Part shown: positions 8,825-21,099 of the stretch, in pieces
Position numbering within the stretch: position 1 is the stretch's first letter
Layout of the letters: every line of letters begins with the position of its first letter
The notes under the pieces: generated by a model
Database searches by the model: none
Told to the model about the DNA's origin: nothing
What the model saw: the letters and a program-made list of their open reading frames with translations, nothing else
Translations under genes and position numbers: made by a program
Assembly: GCA_035275465.1 (NCBI GenBank)
Contig: DATEMS010000047.1
Location: forward strand, 12,960-76,959
DNA length: 64,000 bases
DNA from: Rhizomicrobium sp.
GTDB taxonomy: Bacteria; Pseudomonadota; Alphaproteobacteria; Micropepsales; Micropepsaceae
Direction: 5' to 3'

Positions 8825-10357
8825 TTATCGGCCGCGTTTCGGCGCCGTGGCGAAACGCACGGCTTCCTCGGCGGCGGCGAGCAGGGCCTTGGATTTGTTG
8901 ATGGTCTCTTGATACTCGGCTTCCGCCTGGCTGTCGGCGACCACACCGCCGCCTGCCTGGACATACATGATTCCGTCTTTCACCAGCGCGGTGCGCAGCA
9001 CAATGCAGGTATCCATCGAGCCGTCAGCAGCGAAATAACCCACCGCGCCCGCATAGGCCGCGCCGCGTTTTTCCTTTTCGAATTCGTCGATGATCTCCAT
9101 GGCGCGGATTTTCGGCGCCCCCGTCAGCGTGCCCGCCGGCAGGCCCGCCGCCAGCGCATCCACCGCGTCGAGCCCGTCACGGATATCGCCTTCGACATTG
9201 GAGACCAGATGCATCACATGGCTGTAGCGTTCGATGAAGAAACTGCCGGTGACGGTGACCGTGCCGGTCTTGGCGACGCGGCCGACATCGTTGCGGCCCA
9301 GATCCACCAGCATCAGATGTTCGGCCCGTTCCTTGGGATCGGCCATCAGATCGTCGGCCAGCGCCTTATCGTCTTGCGGTGTCTTGCCGCGCGGACGGGT
9401 GCCCGCGATGGGACGGATGGTGACCTTGCCGCCGCGCAAGCGCACCAGCACTTCGGGACTGGAGCCCACGATCTGAAATCCCGGCATCGCCAGATAATAA
9501 AGGTAAGGCGAAGGGTTCAGCCGCCGCAAGGCGCGATAGAGCGAGAAGGGCGGCAAGCCAAAGGGGCGGCGGAAGCGCTGGCTGGGCACCACCTGAAACA
9601 CATCGCCCGCCATGATGTATTCCTTGGCGCGGGCAACAACCGCAAAATATTCGTCCTTGGTCATGTTGGACTGGATCGGCACGCCGGTTGGCAGATTGGC
9701 CGGCACTTCTGTGCTGGGCGGGGCAGGGCGCTCCAGCTCGGCCACCGCTTGGTCCAGCCGCGCGGTGCCGCGGGCATAAGCGGTTTTCGCGTCCACATTT
9801 TTGTCCAGCCAGACCGGCGTGATCAGAATGATCTCGTCCTTCACGCTGTCGAAGATGGCGGTGATGGTGGGGCGCAGCAGGATGGCATCCGGCAAGCCCA
9901 GCGTGTCGGGCGGCGGATGGGGCAAATGCTCCACCTGGCGCGCCATGTCATAGCCCAGATAGCCGAACAGGCCGGTGGCCATGGGCGGCAATCCGGCGGG
10001 CACATCCAGGCGCGTCTCGCGCGTCAGCGCCCGCAGGCTTTCCAGCGGTTTTGCCGTTTCGGGCGTGAAGTTGTCGGCTTTGCTGAGCGCGGAGCGATTG
10101 ATCTCGGCCACACCGCCCCGACAGCGCCAGATCAAGTCCGGCTGCAGGCCGATAATGGAATAACGTCCGCGCGCCTCACCGCCTTGCACGCTTTCCAGCA
10201 GAAAGGCGTTGTCGCGCGGTGTGCCGTCCTTGGCGAAACCCAGTTTGAGAAAGGCCGAAACCGGCGTTTCCATATCGGCCACCAGCCGCGTGTAAAGCAG
10301 CTGGGGACGGCCCGCGGCATAGCCCGCGGCGAAAGCCTCAAATTCCGGTTCGATCAT
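8825..10357 (-). CDS. trpE: Anthranilate synthase component I
   Basis: LLESVQGG, GDVFQVVPS, NPSPY, RPIAGTRPRG, EHLMLVDLGRND, YSHVMH, PAGTLTGAPK, QAGGGVVADS. Confidence 0.96.
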   Translation of the reverse strand: MIEPEFEAFAAGYAAGRPQLLYTRLVADMETPVSAFLKLGFAKDGTPRDNAFLLESVQGGEARGRYSIIGLQPDLIWRCRGGVAEINRSALSKADNFTPETAKPLESLRALTRETRLDVPAGLPPMATGLFGYLGYDMARQVEHLPHPPPDTLGLPDAILLRPTITAIFDSVKDEIILITPVWLDKNVDAKTAYARGTARLDQAVAELERPAPPSTEVPANLPTGVPIQSNMTKDEYFAVVARAKEYIMAGDVFQVVPSQRFRRPFGLPPFSLYRALRRLNPSPYLYYLAMPGFQIVGSSPEVLVRLRGGKVTIRPIAGTRPRGKTPQDDKALADDLMADPKERAEHLMLVDLGRNDVGRVAKTGTVTVTGSFFIERYSHVMHLVSNVEGDIRDGLDAVDALAAGLPAGTLTGAPKIRAMEIIDEFEKEKRGAAYAGAVGYFAADGSMDTCIVLRTALVKDGIMYVQAGGGVVADSQAEAEYQETINKSKALLAAAEEAVRFATAPKRGR

Positions 10358-10364
10358 ACCGTCA

Positions 10365-12257
10365 TCACTGGCCGCTGCCGGTGAGGGACGCAACCGCCTG
10401 CTGATTGACCCTCACTTTCTGGCGCTCGCGCGCTGCGGCGGCCAAGGCATTGGTGAAATCCTGTGCCACCGATTGCGAGAAGCGCGCGATACCGCCCTGG
10501 AAGTCGGGGTCCTGGGGACTAAACATGGGATGGGCGATGCCGGTGATGCGGGCGATCACATAATTGCCCGACAGGCCTTGCGGTCCGAATGCCACGCCGC
10601 CGGCGCTCGCGGAGAACAGTTTCTCCGCCATGGCGGCGCTGAACATGGTGTCGTTGACGGTGCGGCTCAGGGCTGGGCTGTGCTGGATCGATACGTTCAA
10701 TTGCCTGGCGACGCTGTCGAGCGATTTCTCCTTGACGGCTTGGTCGGCAAGGCTTTGCGCCTTGGCGGCCAGCGCCTTGGCGCGCTGCTCGCCGGTCCAG
10801 TCCGCCAGCACCTGGGCGCGTACCTGCTCCAGCGTCTTGGCTTTGGGCGGAGTCGTGCCGTTGACATGGATGGCGTAATAGGCCCCCAGCTTGGTGGGGA
10901 AAGGCTCGACGTCCTCGCCGACTTCACCCCGAAACAAGGCGGGCAGGAAATCGGGGTCGGCGGGCACATCGGCCTTGCCGCCGTCCGGCGTCAGGCCGGT
11001 GGCGTCCACGGCGGTGACGCGCACCAGCTTCATGCCGGCCTTTTTGGCGGCCTCGGCCAGCTCGTCGCCGCTGGAGCGCGCATCGGTGAAAAGATTGACC
11101 GCGTCCACCAGCTTGTTGGCGGCCAGCTTATTGGCCAGGTCTTTGCGGATGTCCTCTTTGACATCGGCCAACGCCTTGGAAGAGCCGGGCGTGATCTTGG
11201 TCACCCGCGCCAGGACGAAACCGCCAAAGCCGGTCTTGATAGGCTGGCTGACTTCATTCAGCGGCAGCGCGAAGATGGCTTTGGCGCGGTCGGCATCGGG
11301 AAACTCTTCCTGGGTCAGGGTGCCCAGCGAAATCTGTTCCGGCTTGAGGCCGCGCTCCGCAGCGATGTCCTCGTAGCGGGCGCCCGACGCGATCTTGGCG
11401 TGGGCCGCCCGGGCCTCGGCTTCGGTCTTGAATTCGATCTGCTGCACATCGCGTTTTTCGGCGATGATATAAGTGCTTTTGGCGGCGTCGTAGCTGCGCT
11501 GAATCTGCTCGTCGGTGACGGCGACGGACCCCATCACATCGTCGGGCGCGATGGCGGCATACTGGGCGTCGCGATATTCCGGGGTGGAATAGCGGCCGCT
11601 ATGGCTCTTGAGATAGGCCGCCAGCACCGTGTCGCTGGGTGCGGGGATCTCGCCCGCCTGTTCCGGCGCCAGGATCACATACGCCACCGCGCGCTTTTCG
11701 TTGGCATGCTGGAAGAAGGCCTGGGCATAGGTCACCGGAACGGTGAAGTTGGCTGCCACCGCCTGGAGCAATTGCGCGCGCGTCATGTCGTTGCGCAATT
11801 CGTTGAGGAATTGCGCTTCGGTATAGCCGGCATTGCCGATCGCCTGCATGAAGGTCATGCGGTCGAATTGGCCCAACGTACCGCGGAACGGCGCCATGCT
11901 GCGCACGGCCTGCACCAGCGTGGCGTCGGACGTGATGAGCTTCAACCGATGAGCCTCATTGTTGAGAGCGGTGCGGTCGATCAGGCTTTCCAGCACCATG
12001 CGGGACAGCCCCATCTTTTCCGCCATTTCGGGCGTGATCTCGCTGCCGGTTTCCCGGCCCTGGTTGCGCAAATAATTGCGGTAGGAGCGCTGGAATTCCG
12101 CCGGGCTGATGTCGGTGCCGCCCACAGAGGCCACCGCGGTGGTGGCGCCGCCCGTGAACACGTCGGCGATGCCCCAGACCACAAAACTCAAGGCCAGGCC
12201 GCCCATCAAAAGAATGGCGATCCAGGACTTGGAAAGCGCGTGCATCCATTGAATCAT
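10365..12257 (-). CDS. ppiD: Membrane-anchored periplasmic chaperone/PPIase (SurA N-terminal plus parvulin domain)
   Basis: N-terminal TM (LSFVVWG), SurA-like N domain, YSTPEYR and rotamase-like segment; conserved position between trpE and tpiA. Confidence 0.85.
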   Translation of the reverse strand: MIQWMHALSKSWIAILLMGGLALSFVVWGIADVFTGGATTAVASVGGTDISPAEFQRSYRNYLRNQGRETGSEITPEMAEKMGLSRMVLESLIDRTALNNEAHRLKLITSDATLVQAVRSMAPFRGTLGQFDRMTFMQAIGNAGYTEAQFLNELRNDMTRAQLLQAVAANFTVPVTYAQAFFQHANEKRAVAYVILAPEQAGEIPAPSDTVLAAYLKSHSGRYSTPEYRDAQYAAIAPDDVMGSVAVTDEQIQRSYDAAKSTYIIAEKRDVQQIEFKTEAEARAAHAKIASGARYEDIAAERGLKPEQISLGTLTQEEFPDADRAKAIFALPLNEVSQPIKTGFGGFVLARVTKITPGSSKALADVKEDIRKDLANKLAANKLVDAVNLFTDARSSGDELAEAAKKAGMKLVRVTAVDATGLTPDGGKADVPADPDFLPALFRGEVGEDVEPFPTKLGAYYAIHVNGTTPPKAKTLEQVRAQVLADWTGEQRAKALAAKAQSLADQAVKEKSLDSVARQLNVSIQHSPALSRTVNDTMFSAAMAEKLFSASAGGVAFGPQGLSGNYVIARITGIAHPMFSPQDPDFQGGIARFSQSVAQDFTNALAAAARERQKVRVNQQAVASLTGSGQ

Positions 12258-12406
12258 GAGCGGAAATCCGTGGCTTGAGGCGTGGCGTCCAGGGGCGGCG
12301 GATGATAGGGAGGGGGCGGGTCCCCGGCAAGCCGCGCTTGCAGCGGGTTTTGCCGCCGGAATGCGGGAATTACAAGGTCTTATCGAAAGTCTAAGCGGGG
12401 GTTGGG

Positions 12407-13153
12407 ATGCGTCCTTTGGTGGCCGGAAATTGGAAGATGAACGGGTTGGCGTCCGGTTTGGGCGAACTGACCGCTCTCAAGGATGGGTTGGCCGCGCAGC
12501 CTGCCTCTTGTGACGTATTGGTCTGTCCGCCCGCCACCCTGATCGCCCAGGCCGCCTGGGCGGTGAAAAGCGCCTTTGCCTTGGGCGGCCAGGATTGCCA
12601 TGTCCAATCCAAGGGCGCCTTCACCGGCGATGTGTCCGCCGAGATGCTCAAGGATGCGGGGGCCACTTATGTGATCGTGGGTCATTCCGAACGCCGCCAG
12701 TATCACAAGGAAACCGACGCCGATGTCGCCGCAAAAGCCGCCGCCGCCTGGCGCGCGGGCCTGAAGGCGATCATTTGCATCGGCGAAAGCCTGGCCGAGC
12801 GTGAGACCGGGCAAGCGCCGCATGTGTGCCAGGGTCAGTTGCGGAGCAGCGTGCCGGACGGCGCCCTGGCGTCCAATACGGTGATCGCCTATGAACCGGT
12901 CTGGGCCATCGGCACGGGCAAGACGCCCACCAGCGCCGACATCGCCGCGATGCATGCCCATATCCGCAGTTGTCTGGTGGCCAAGCTGGGACCGCCCGCC
13001 CAAGACATGGCGATCCTGTATGGCGGATCGGTGAACCCCGGCAACGCCGCCGAGATTCTCAATCTGCCGGAGGTCGGCGGCGCTTTGGTTGGCGGCGCCA
13101 GCCTGAAAGCCGCGGATTTCCTGGGCATCATAGCGGCGGTAAGAAGGGCTTAA
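12407..13153 (+). CDS. tpiA: Triosephosphate isomerase
   Basis: GNWKMNG, GHSERR, AYEPVWAIGTG, YGGSV, LVGGASL. Confidence 0.98.
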   Translation: MRPLVAGNWKMNGLASGLGELTALKDGLAAQPASCDVLVCPPATLIAQAAWAVKSAFALGGQDCHVQSKGAFTGDVSAEMLKDAGATYVIVGHSERRQYHKETDADVAAKAAAAWRAGLKAIICIGESLAERETGQAPHVCQGQLRSSVPDGALASNTVIAYEPVWAIGTGKTPTSADIAAMHAHIRSCLVAKLGPPAQDMAILYGGSVNPGNAAEILNLPEVGGALVGGASLKAADFLGIIAAVRRA

Positions 13154-13226
13154 CCACACCGCCTGACCCTTTCTTAACGCAAAGAGTCGCATTCTCGCCG
13201 CAATAACAAAAAGCCTGCGGTGGGTA

Positions 13227-14180
13227 ATGACGAAGCTGTCCTACGACAGTGTTGATGTACTGATCTACGATCCGGTACCGGGCAACCGCACCGCGACGCG
13301 CGCGGCCATGTATGCGCTGGGCTTCCGCAAGACCGAAACGGTGTCCAGCCTCGAAGACTTTCTCATGGCGGTGCAGAAAAATCCGCCGGATATCGCGATC
13401 TGCGAGGCCCAAGGCATGGCCGACGATCTTTGCGCCGCCATCCAGCAAATTCGCCAAGGCGCCACCGGCTACAATCCCTTTCTTGTGATCATTGTCACGG
13501 CTTGGGAAAAAAACACCGCGCTGATCAACCGGGTGGTATCCAGCGGCGCCGACGACATGCTGCTGCGCCCCTTTTCCACCGCCTTGCTGGGAGCCCGCAT
13601 CGAGACCCATATCGACCGCCGCAAGGGTTTCGTGATCACCACCGACTATGTGGGACCCGATCGCCGCCGCGATAGCGCCCGCCCCTCCAATGTCGAATTG
13701 TTCGAGCCGCCCAATTCGTTGAAGATGAAGGCCAAGGACAAGCTTAGCGCCGACGAGATCGCCCGCCGGTTGGACGCGGATCTGAAAGCGGCACGCGAGA
13801 AGCTGATGACCGAAAAGCTGCGCCGCGATTCCTTCCAGATTTGCATCCTGTGGCGGCTGTTGCAGGAACAACCGCTGGTCGCGGACAAGGCGCCTCCCGA
13901 CCTGATCAAGCTGCAGCTTTTGGCCAAGTCCATAGATGCGCGCAGCCGCGACAGCGAATTCGAGGCGGCGGTGGAATGGTGCCAATCGGTTCTGGCGTCC
14001 GCCGAAGGCCTGGCGGTGGGCGTGGACCGCAACGCCTCGATGCATCTGCTGGGCCATGCCGCGCTCAGCCTGCATCATGTCTTTTATCCCGAGAAATCTC
14101 CCGCCGAGCAAATCTCGGAGATCGACGCCACGGTGACCTTGATCCGGGCGCGCACCCAGGCCCAGGCTCTGGCCAGCTAA
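13227..14180 (+). CDS. Atypical receiver-domain protein with Cle-type ARR motif and helical C-terminal domain
   Basis: REC fold pattern, but IAICE at the phospho-Asp position and LLRPF at the conserved KP; YVGPDRRR after the REC domain. Confidence 0.75.
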   Translation: MTKLSYDSVDVLIYDPVPGNRTATRAAMYALGFRKTETVSSLEDFLMAVQKNPPDIAICEAQGMADDLCAAIQQIRQGATGYNPFLVIIVTAWEKNTALINRVVSSGADDMLLRPFSTALLGARIETHIDRRKGFVITTDYVGPDRRRDSARPSNVELFEPPNSLKMKAKDKLSADEIARRLDADLKAAREKLMTEKLRRDSFQICILWRLLQEQPLVADKAPPDLIKLQLLAKSIDARSRDSEFEAAVEWCQSVLASAEGLAVGVDRNASMHLLGHAALSLHHVFYPEKSPAEQISEIDATVTLIRARTQAQALAS

Positions 14181-14317
14181 CGCGGGTCTTTTGCATCTTG
14201 AGTCCCTGCTCAAGCCGCAAAATCCCTCACGTTAGCAAGGAGTTGCCGGGAGATGCCGGTCCGCCTTCCCATTTTCAGGACAATGCTATAAGACCCGGCC
14301 CGAATAAGGGAAAAGCC

Positions 14318-14653
14318 ATGCAGACCATGTTGCTTGTCGCCGAGCTGATCATCGCGGTCGCGCTCATCTGCTTTGTGCTGTTGCAGCGTTCCGAGGGTGG
14401 CGCGTTGGGCATGGGCGGCGGCAGCAGCATGGGCGGACTGTTCACGGCGCGCGGCGCGGCGGACACTTTGACCCGCACCACCTCTATTTTGGCGCTGCTG
14501 TTTTTCCTGACCTGCATCGGTCTGAACATTCTGGCTTTGAAAGGCCGCGATCAGACCTCGATCCTCGATTCGGTTCCGGCGGCCAGCGCGCCGGCCAAAC
14601 CGGCGCCCGCGCCTGTGGCGCCTGCTGGTCCGTCTGTACCCAAGCCTCAATAA
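14318..14653 (+). CDS. secG: Preprotein translocase subunit SecG
   Basis: VLLQRSEGGALGMGGG...LFTARGAADTLTRTT; two TM helices; upstream of pyrG. Confidence 0.95.
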   Translation: MQTMLLVAELIIAVALICFVLLQRSEGGALGMGGGSSMGGLFTARGAADTLTRTTSILALLFFLTCIGLNILALKGRDQTSILDSVPAASAPAKPAPAPVAPAGPSVPKPQ

Positions 14654-14815
14654 GTGAGGCGCGGCACGCGCAGCGTGTGAGCAGGTCCAGATGGACCTGC
14701 GAAAGTGACGAACGCCGCGAGCTTGGGCGAGCGGCCGTGCGGCAACCGGCACGATTCTCCCCGCGCAAGACGCATAGTTGTTAGCGGCGCGAAATATTTT
14801 TCGTTTTGCGCTTGA

Positions 14816-16477
<1,662 letters not shown>

Positions 16478-16537
16478 CTTGGGTTGTTACCCCATAGGCG
16501 ATTTGCTCCGCCTGCGGCCCTGATTTACAAGGGCAGC

Positions 16538-17365
16538 ATGAGCCCCAACAGCACCGTCACATTGGGTGATGTCGAAATCGGCAATGCCAAAAAGCTCGCC
16601 ATTATCGCCGGACCCTGTCAGTTGGAAAGCCGCGGCCATGCCTTCGACATGGCGGGGGCTTTGAAAGAGGCCTGCGGCAAACTGGGCGTGGGATTGATCT
16701 ATAAAACCAGCTTCGACAAGGCCAACCGCACCTCCGCCGCCACGGCGCGCGGTATCGGGCTGGAAAATGCGCTGCCCATCTTCGCCGATATCCGAAAGTC
16801 TTTCGGCCTGCCGGTTTTGACCGATGTGCATGAGCGCGACCAATGCGCCGCGGTGGCCCAAGCGGTGGATGTGCTGCAGATCCCCGCCTTTCTGTCGCGC
16901 CAGACCGATCTGCTGGTGGCGGCCGCCCATACCGGCAAGGCCATCAATGTGAAAAAGGGTCAGTTTTTATCGCCCTGGGACATGAAGAATGTGATCGCCA
17001 AGATCACCGGGGCGGGCAATGCCAATGTGCTGGTGACCGAGCGCGGCGTGAGCTTCGGCTACAACACCCTGGTGTCGGACATGCGGGCGCTGCCGATCAT
17101 GGCGGGGTTCGGCGCGCCGGTGGTGTTCGACGCGACGCACTCTGTGCAACAGCCGGGCGCGGCAGGCGACAAGAGCGGCGGCGACCGCACCATGGTGCCG
17201 TATCTGGCGCGCGCCGCCGTTGCGGCTGGTGTGGCGTGTGTCTTCCTGGAAGTGCATCAGGACCCCGATCATGCGCCCAGCGACGGGCCCAACATGGTCA
17301 AGCTCAAGGATTTTCCGGCACTGCTAGAGCAGTTGGTGGAGATCGATGCGGTGGTGAAGCGGTAA
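16538..17365 (+). CDS. kdsA: KDO8P synthase
   Basis: IAGPCQLES, KTSFDKANRTS, QIPAFLSRQTDL, NVKKGQF, DATHSVQQPG. Confidence 0.98.
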   Translation: MSPNSTVTLGDVEIGNAKKLAIIAGPCQLESRGHAFDMAGALKEACGKLGVGLIYKTSFDKANRTSAATARGIGLENALPIFADIRKSFGLPVLTDVHERDQCAAVAQAVDVLQIPAFLSRQTDLLVAAAHTGKAINVKKGQFLSPWDMKNVIAKITGAGNANVLVTERGVSFGYNTLVSDMRALPIMAGFGAPVVFDATHSVQQPGAAGDKSGGDRTMVPYLARAAVAAGVACVFLEVHQDPDHAPSDGPNMVKLKDFPALLEQLVEIDAVVKR

Positions 17366-17367
17366 TC

Positions 17368-17443
17368 TTCATGCTGAGCCTCCTGAGCTTGCGAAGGGCG
17401 AAGCATGAGGGTGCTCCCCACCCTTCGACAAGCTCAGGGTGAG
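17368..17443. repeat. Extragenic palindromic repeat (CCTGAGCTTG(T)CGAAGG family)
   Basis: CCTGAGCTTGCGAAGGG (17382-17398) pairs with CCCTTCGACAAGCTCAGG (17420-17437) with one bulge; between convergent kdsA and MAPEG genes. Confidence 0.75.
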
Positions 17444-17452
17444 GACGCTACT

Positions 17453-17860
17453 TCAAACCGCCATCCACGCTTGCACGATGCCGATGAACGCCAGCACGAC
17501 CAGGATCAGGGTGGGGAAGATGGTGGGCGCGAAACCCGGGAACCGCTGTTTCGCGGTGCCATAGACAAAGCCATACGTGATGCGGCCCGCGCACCAGATC
17601 AGGCCCAGAATGGGCGGCGCCCAGCCCTGAAAATAGAGCGCCGCCAGCCACAGCGACGGCACGAAGATGACGAACTGTTCGACCGTATTGCCCTGGATGC
17701 GCAGTGCGCGATCCAGTTCGGGCGCCCCCGTCATGGCCGGGGCGTCTATCTTCGTCCGGCGGCGGGCCCGCGCCACGCCGATGGCGAAGGCGACGCTGAT
17801 CAGGACCGCCAGCAAGGTGGCGATGGCGGTCAACAGGATAGCAGGCGTGGAAAGCATCAT
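17453..17860 (-). CDS. MAPEG family membrane protein
   Basis: RARRRTKIDAPAMTGAPELDRALRIQGNTVEQ...GRITYGFVY; four TM segments. Confidence 0.88.
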   Translation of the reverse strand: MMLSTPAILLTAIATLLAVLISVAFAIGVARARRRTKIDAPAMTGAPELDRALRIQGNTVEQFVIFVPSLWLAALYFQGWAPPILGLIWCAGRITYGFVYGTAKQRFPGFAPTIFPTLILVVLAFIGIVQAWMAV

Positions 17861-17929
17861 TTTGATTCACTCCATCCAATCCAGCTTGAAGCGGGCGGCG
17901 CGCGCCTCTAGAACCCGGAGCCAGTATAA

Positions 17930-19216
<1,287 letters not shown>

Positions 19217-19222
19217 GTCCGC

Positions 19223-19453
19223 TCAGCCGCGATCTATGTCGGCCGGAAGTTGCGGCGGCCGGCCGACCGGCAGGGGGCGTGGCTGGCCCGCTTTACCGCA
19301 AGCCCCCGCCTCGCGGCAGCGGTCGAACAGGTTGCCGCCCGTCAGTTCAATCACCATGGCGTTCAATACCGGTGCGGGCCGCATCACCAGGAACAATGCT
19401 GCGCCGCCCAAAAAGGCCGCCACAAACCACAGCACTGCCGTCAGCCTTTGCAT
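19223..19453 (-). CDS. Small hypothetical secreted/membrane protein (possible remnant)
   Basis: 76-aa ORF with hydrophobic N-terminus filling the eno-ftsB gap; LTGGNLFDRC...C pattern. Confidence 0.4.
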   Translation of the reverse strand: MQRLTAVLWFVAAFLGGAALFLVMRPAPVLNAMVIELTGGNLFDRCREAGACGKAGQPRPLPVGRPPQLPADIDRG

Positions 19454-19568
19454 GGCGCCAGTGTAGCGGATTTTGAGGTCCGGCTTAACGTCTTGGCCGG
19501 TTAAGTTCCTTGAATCCTTTACCCATTTTTCCTTGACGGGGCGAATCAGTGTGTGATTCGTTGGGGAC

Positions 19569-19883
19569 ATGCGAATCAAGCGTTCGGTCACCCGCTTTTT
19601 CACCGTTCTGATTGTTCCGGCGATCTCGCTGGGGGTGGTGAGCTACTTCGGGACCTATGCCATCTGGGGCAATCGGGGCATTCTGGCGCTGGAAGATACC
19701 CAGTCCCAATTGGGCATCCAGCAGCAAAAACTGGCCCAGCTGCAATCCAACCGCGCGCGGTTGGAGCATCGCATCGCCCTGATGGGGCCGGACGCCGATC
19801 CCGACTTGGTGGAAGAGTTGGCGCGGGTCCAGCTGATGGACGGCGCCCCCAATCAGGTCGCGATTTCGCGCAACCGTCACTGA
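19569..19883 (+). CDS. ftsB: Septum formation initiator FtsB/DivIC
   Basis: TM ending in YFGTYAIWGNRG, coiled coil, DPDLVEELAR; conserved position downstream of eno. Confidence 0.88.
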   Translation: MRIKRSVTRFFTVLIVPAISLGVVSYFGTYAIWGNRGILALEDTQSQLGIQQQKLAQLQSNRARLEHRIALMGPDADPDLVEELARVQLMDGAPNQVAISRNRH

Positions 19884-20124
19884 TCCTTTTCCAACTTTGA
19901 TGGGGCGTGTCCTGTCGGCGGGCACGCATTTCTTTGCGCCGGGCGGCCTTCGCGCCTCACGAAGCTTTCGTTCTAGGGGCCGGAACGGCAACAAGATTTC
20001 AGGCTTTGCGAACACTGTTCAGAAGTGCAGCGCAATAAAATAACAATGTCCTTGCCAAGTCGCTTTGGGCTTGCCACAAGGCTTTCCAGCTTGACCAAAA
20101 CCAAGAAAACGGCGCTCCCAAAAC

Positions 20125-21099
20125 ATGCCCGATGCTGCAAAAAGCAATTCTGAATCCCTGAAGAAACTCTACCACGACATGCTGCTGATCCGCCGATTCG
20201 AAGAACGGGCGGGGCAGCTTTACGGCATGGGCCTGATCGGCGGCTTCTGCCATCTCTATATCGGCCAGGAAGCGGTGGTGGTGGGCCTGATGGGTGCCGC
20301 CAAGCAGGGCGACCAGCAGATCACCGCCTATCGCGACCACGGCCATATGCTGGCCCAGGACGTCGATCCCAAGGCGGTGATGGCCGAACTGACGGGGCGT
20401 TCCACCGGCCTGTCGCGGGGCAAGGGCGGCTCGATGCACATGTTCTCGTCCGAGAAGAAATTCTATGGCGGCCACGGCATTGTCGGCGCCCAGGTGCCGA
20501 TCGGCACCGGCCTGGCTTTCGCCAACAAATATCGCGGCAATGATGCGGTCTGCCTGACCTATTTCGGCGACGGCGCCGCCAATCAGGGTCAGGTCTATGA
20601 AAGCTTCAACATGGCCGAGCTGTGGAAGCTGCCGGTCGTCTATGTGATCGAGAACAACCAGTATGCCATGGGCACCAGCGTGGCGCGGTCGTCCGCGGTG
20701 GCGGACTTTTCCAAGCGTGGCGCCTCCTTCGGCATTCCCGGCATGAGTGTGGACGGCATGGACGTGGAGGCGGTGCAGGCCGCAGGCCTGGAAGCGTTCG
20801 AATTCTGCCGCGGCGGCAAAGGCCCGATCATCCTGGAGATGAAGACCTACCGCTATCGCGGCCATTCCATGTCGGACCCGGCCAAATACCGCAGCAAGGA
20901 AGAACTGACCGAGATGCGCGAGAAGCGCGATCCGATCGAGAATTTCGGCAAGAAGCTGATCGAGCGCGGCTTGGTGAATGAGGAAGATCTGAAGCAGATG
21001 GATGCCGAGGTGAAGCGGGTGGTGGTCGCCGCCGCCGAATTCGCCACCGAGAGTCCGGAACCTGGCCTGGCTGAACTTTATACGGACATATACGCCTGA
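20125..21099 (+). CDS. pdhA: Pyruvate dehydrogenase E1 alpha
   Basis: [28 protein letters not shown]...[15 protein letters not shown]. Confidence 0.98.
   Translation: MPDAAKSNSESLKKLYHDMLLIRRFEERAGQLYGMGLIGGFCHLYIGQEAVVVGLMGAAKQGDQQITAYRDHGHMLAQDVDPKAVMAELTGRSTGLSRGKGGSMHMFSSEKKFYGGHGIVGAQVPIGTGLAFANKYRGNDAVCLTYFGDGAANQGQVYESFNMAELWKLPVVYVIENNQYAMGTSVARSSAVADFSKRGASFGIPGMSVDGMDVEAVQAAGLEAFEFCRGGKGPIILEMKTYRYRGHSMSDPAKYRSKEELTEMREKRDPIENFGKKLIERGLVNEEDLKQMDAEVKRVVVAAAEFATESPEPGLAELYTDIYA

Noticed and set aside
19485-19504. CtrA site upstream of ftsB (TTAAC...GTTAA)
   Set aside because: Spacing is N12 rather than N7; at most isolated half-sites.
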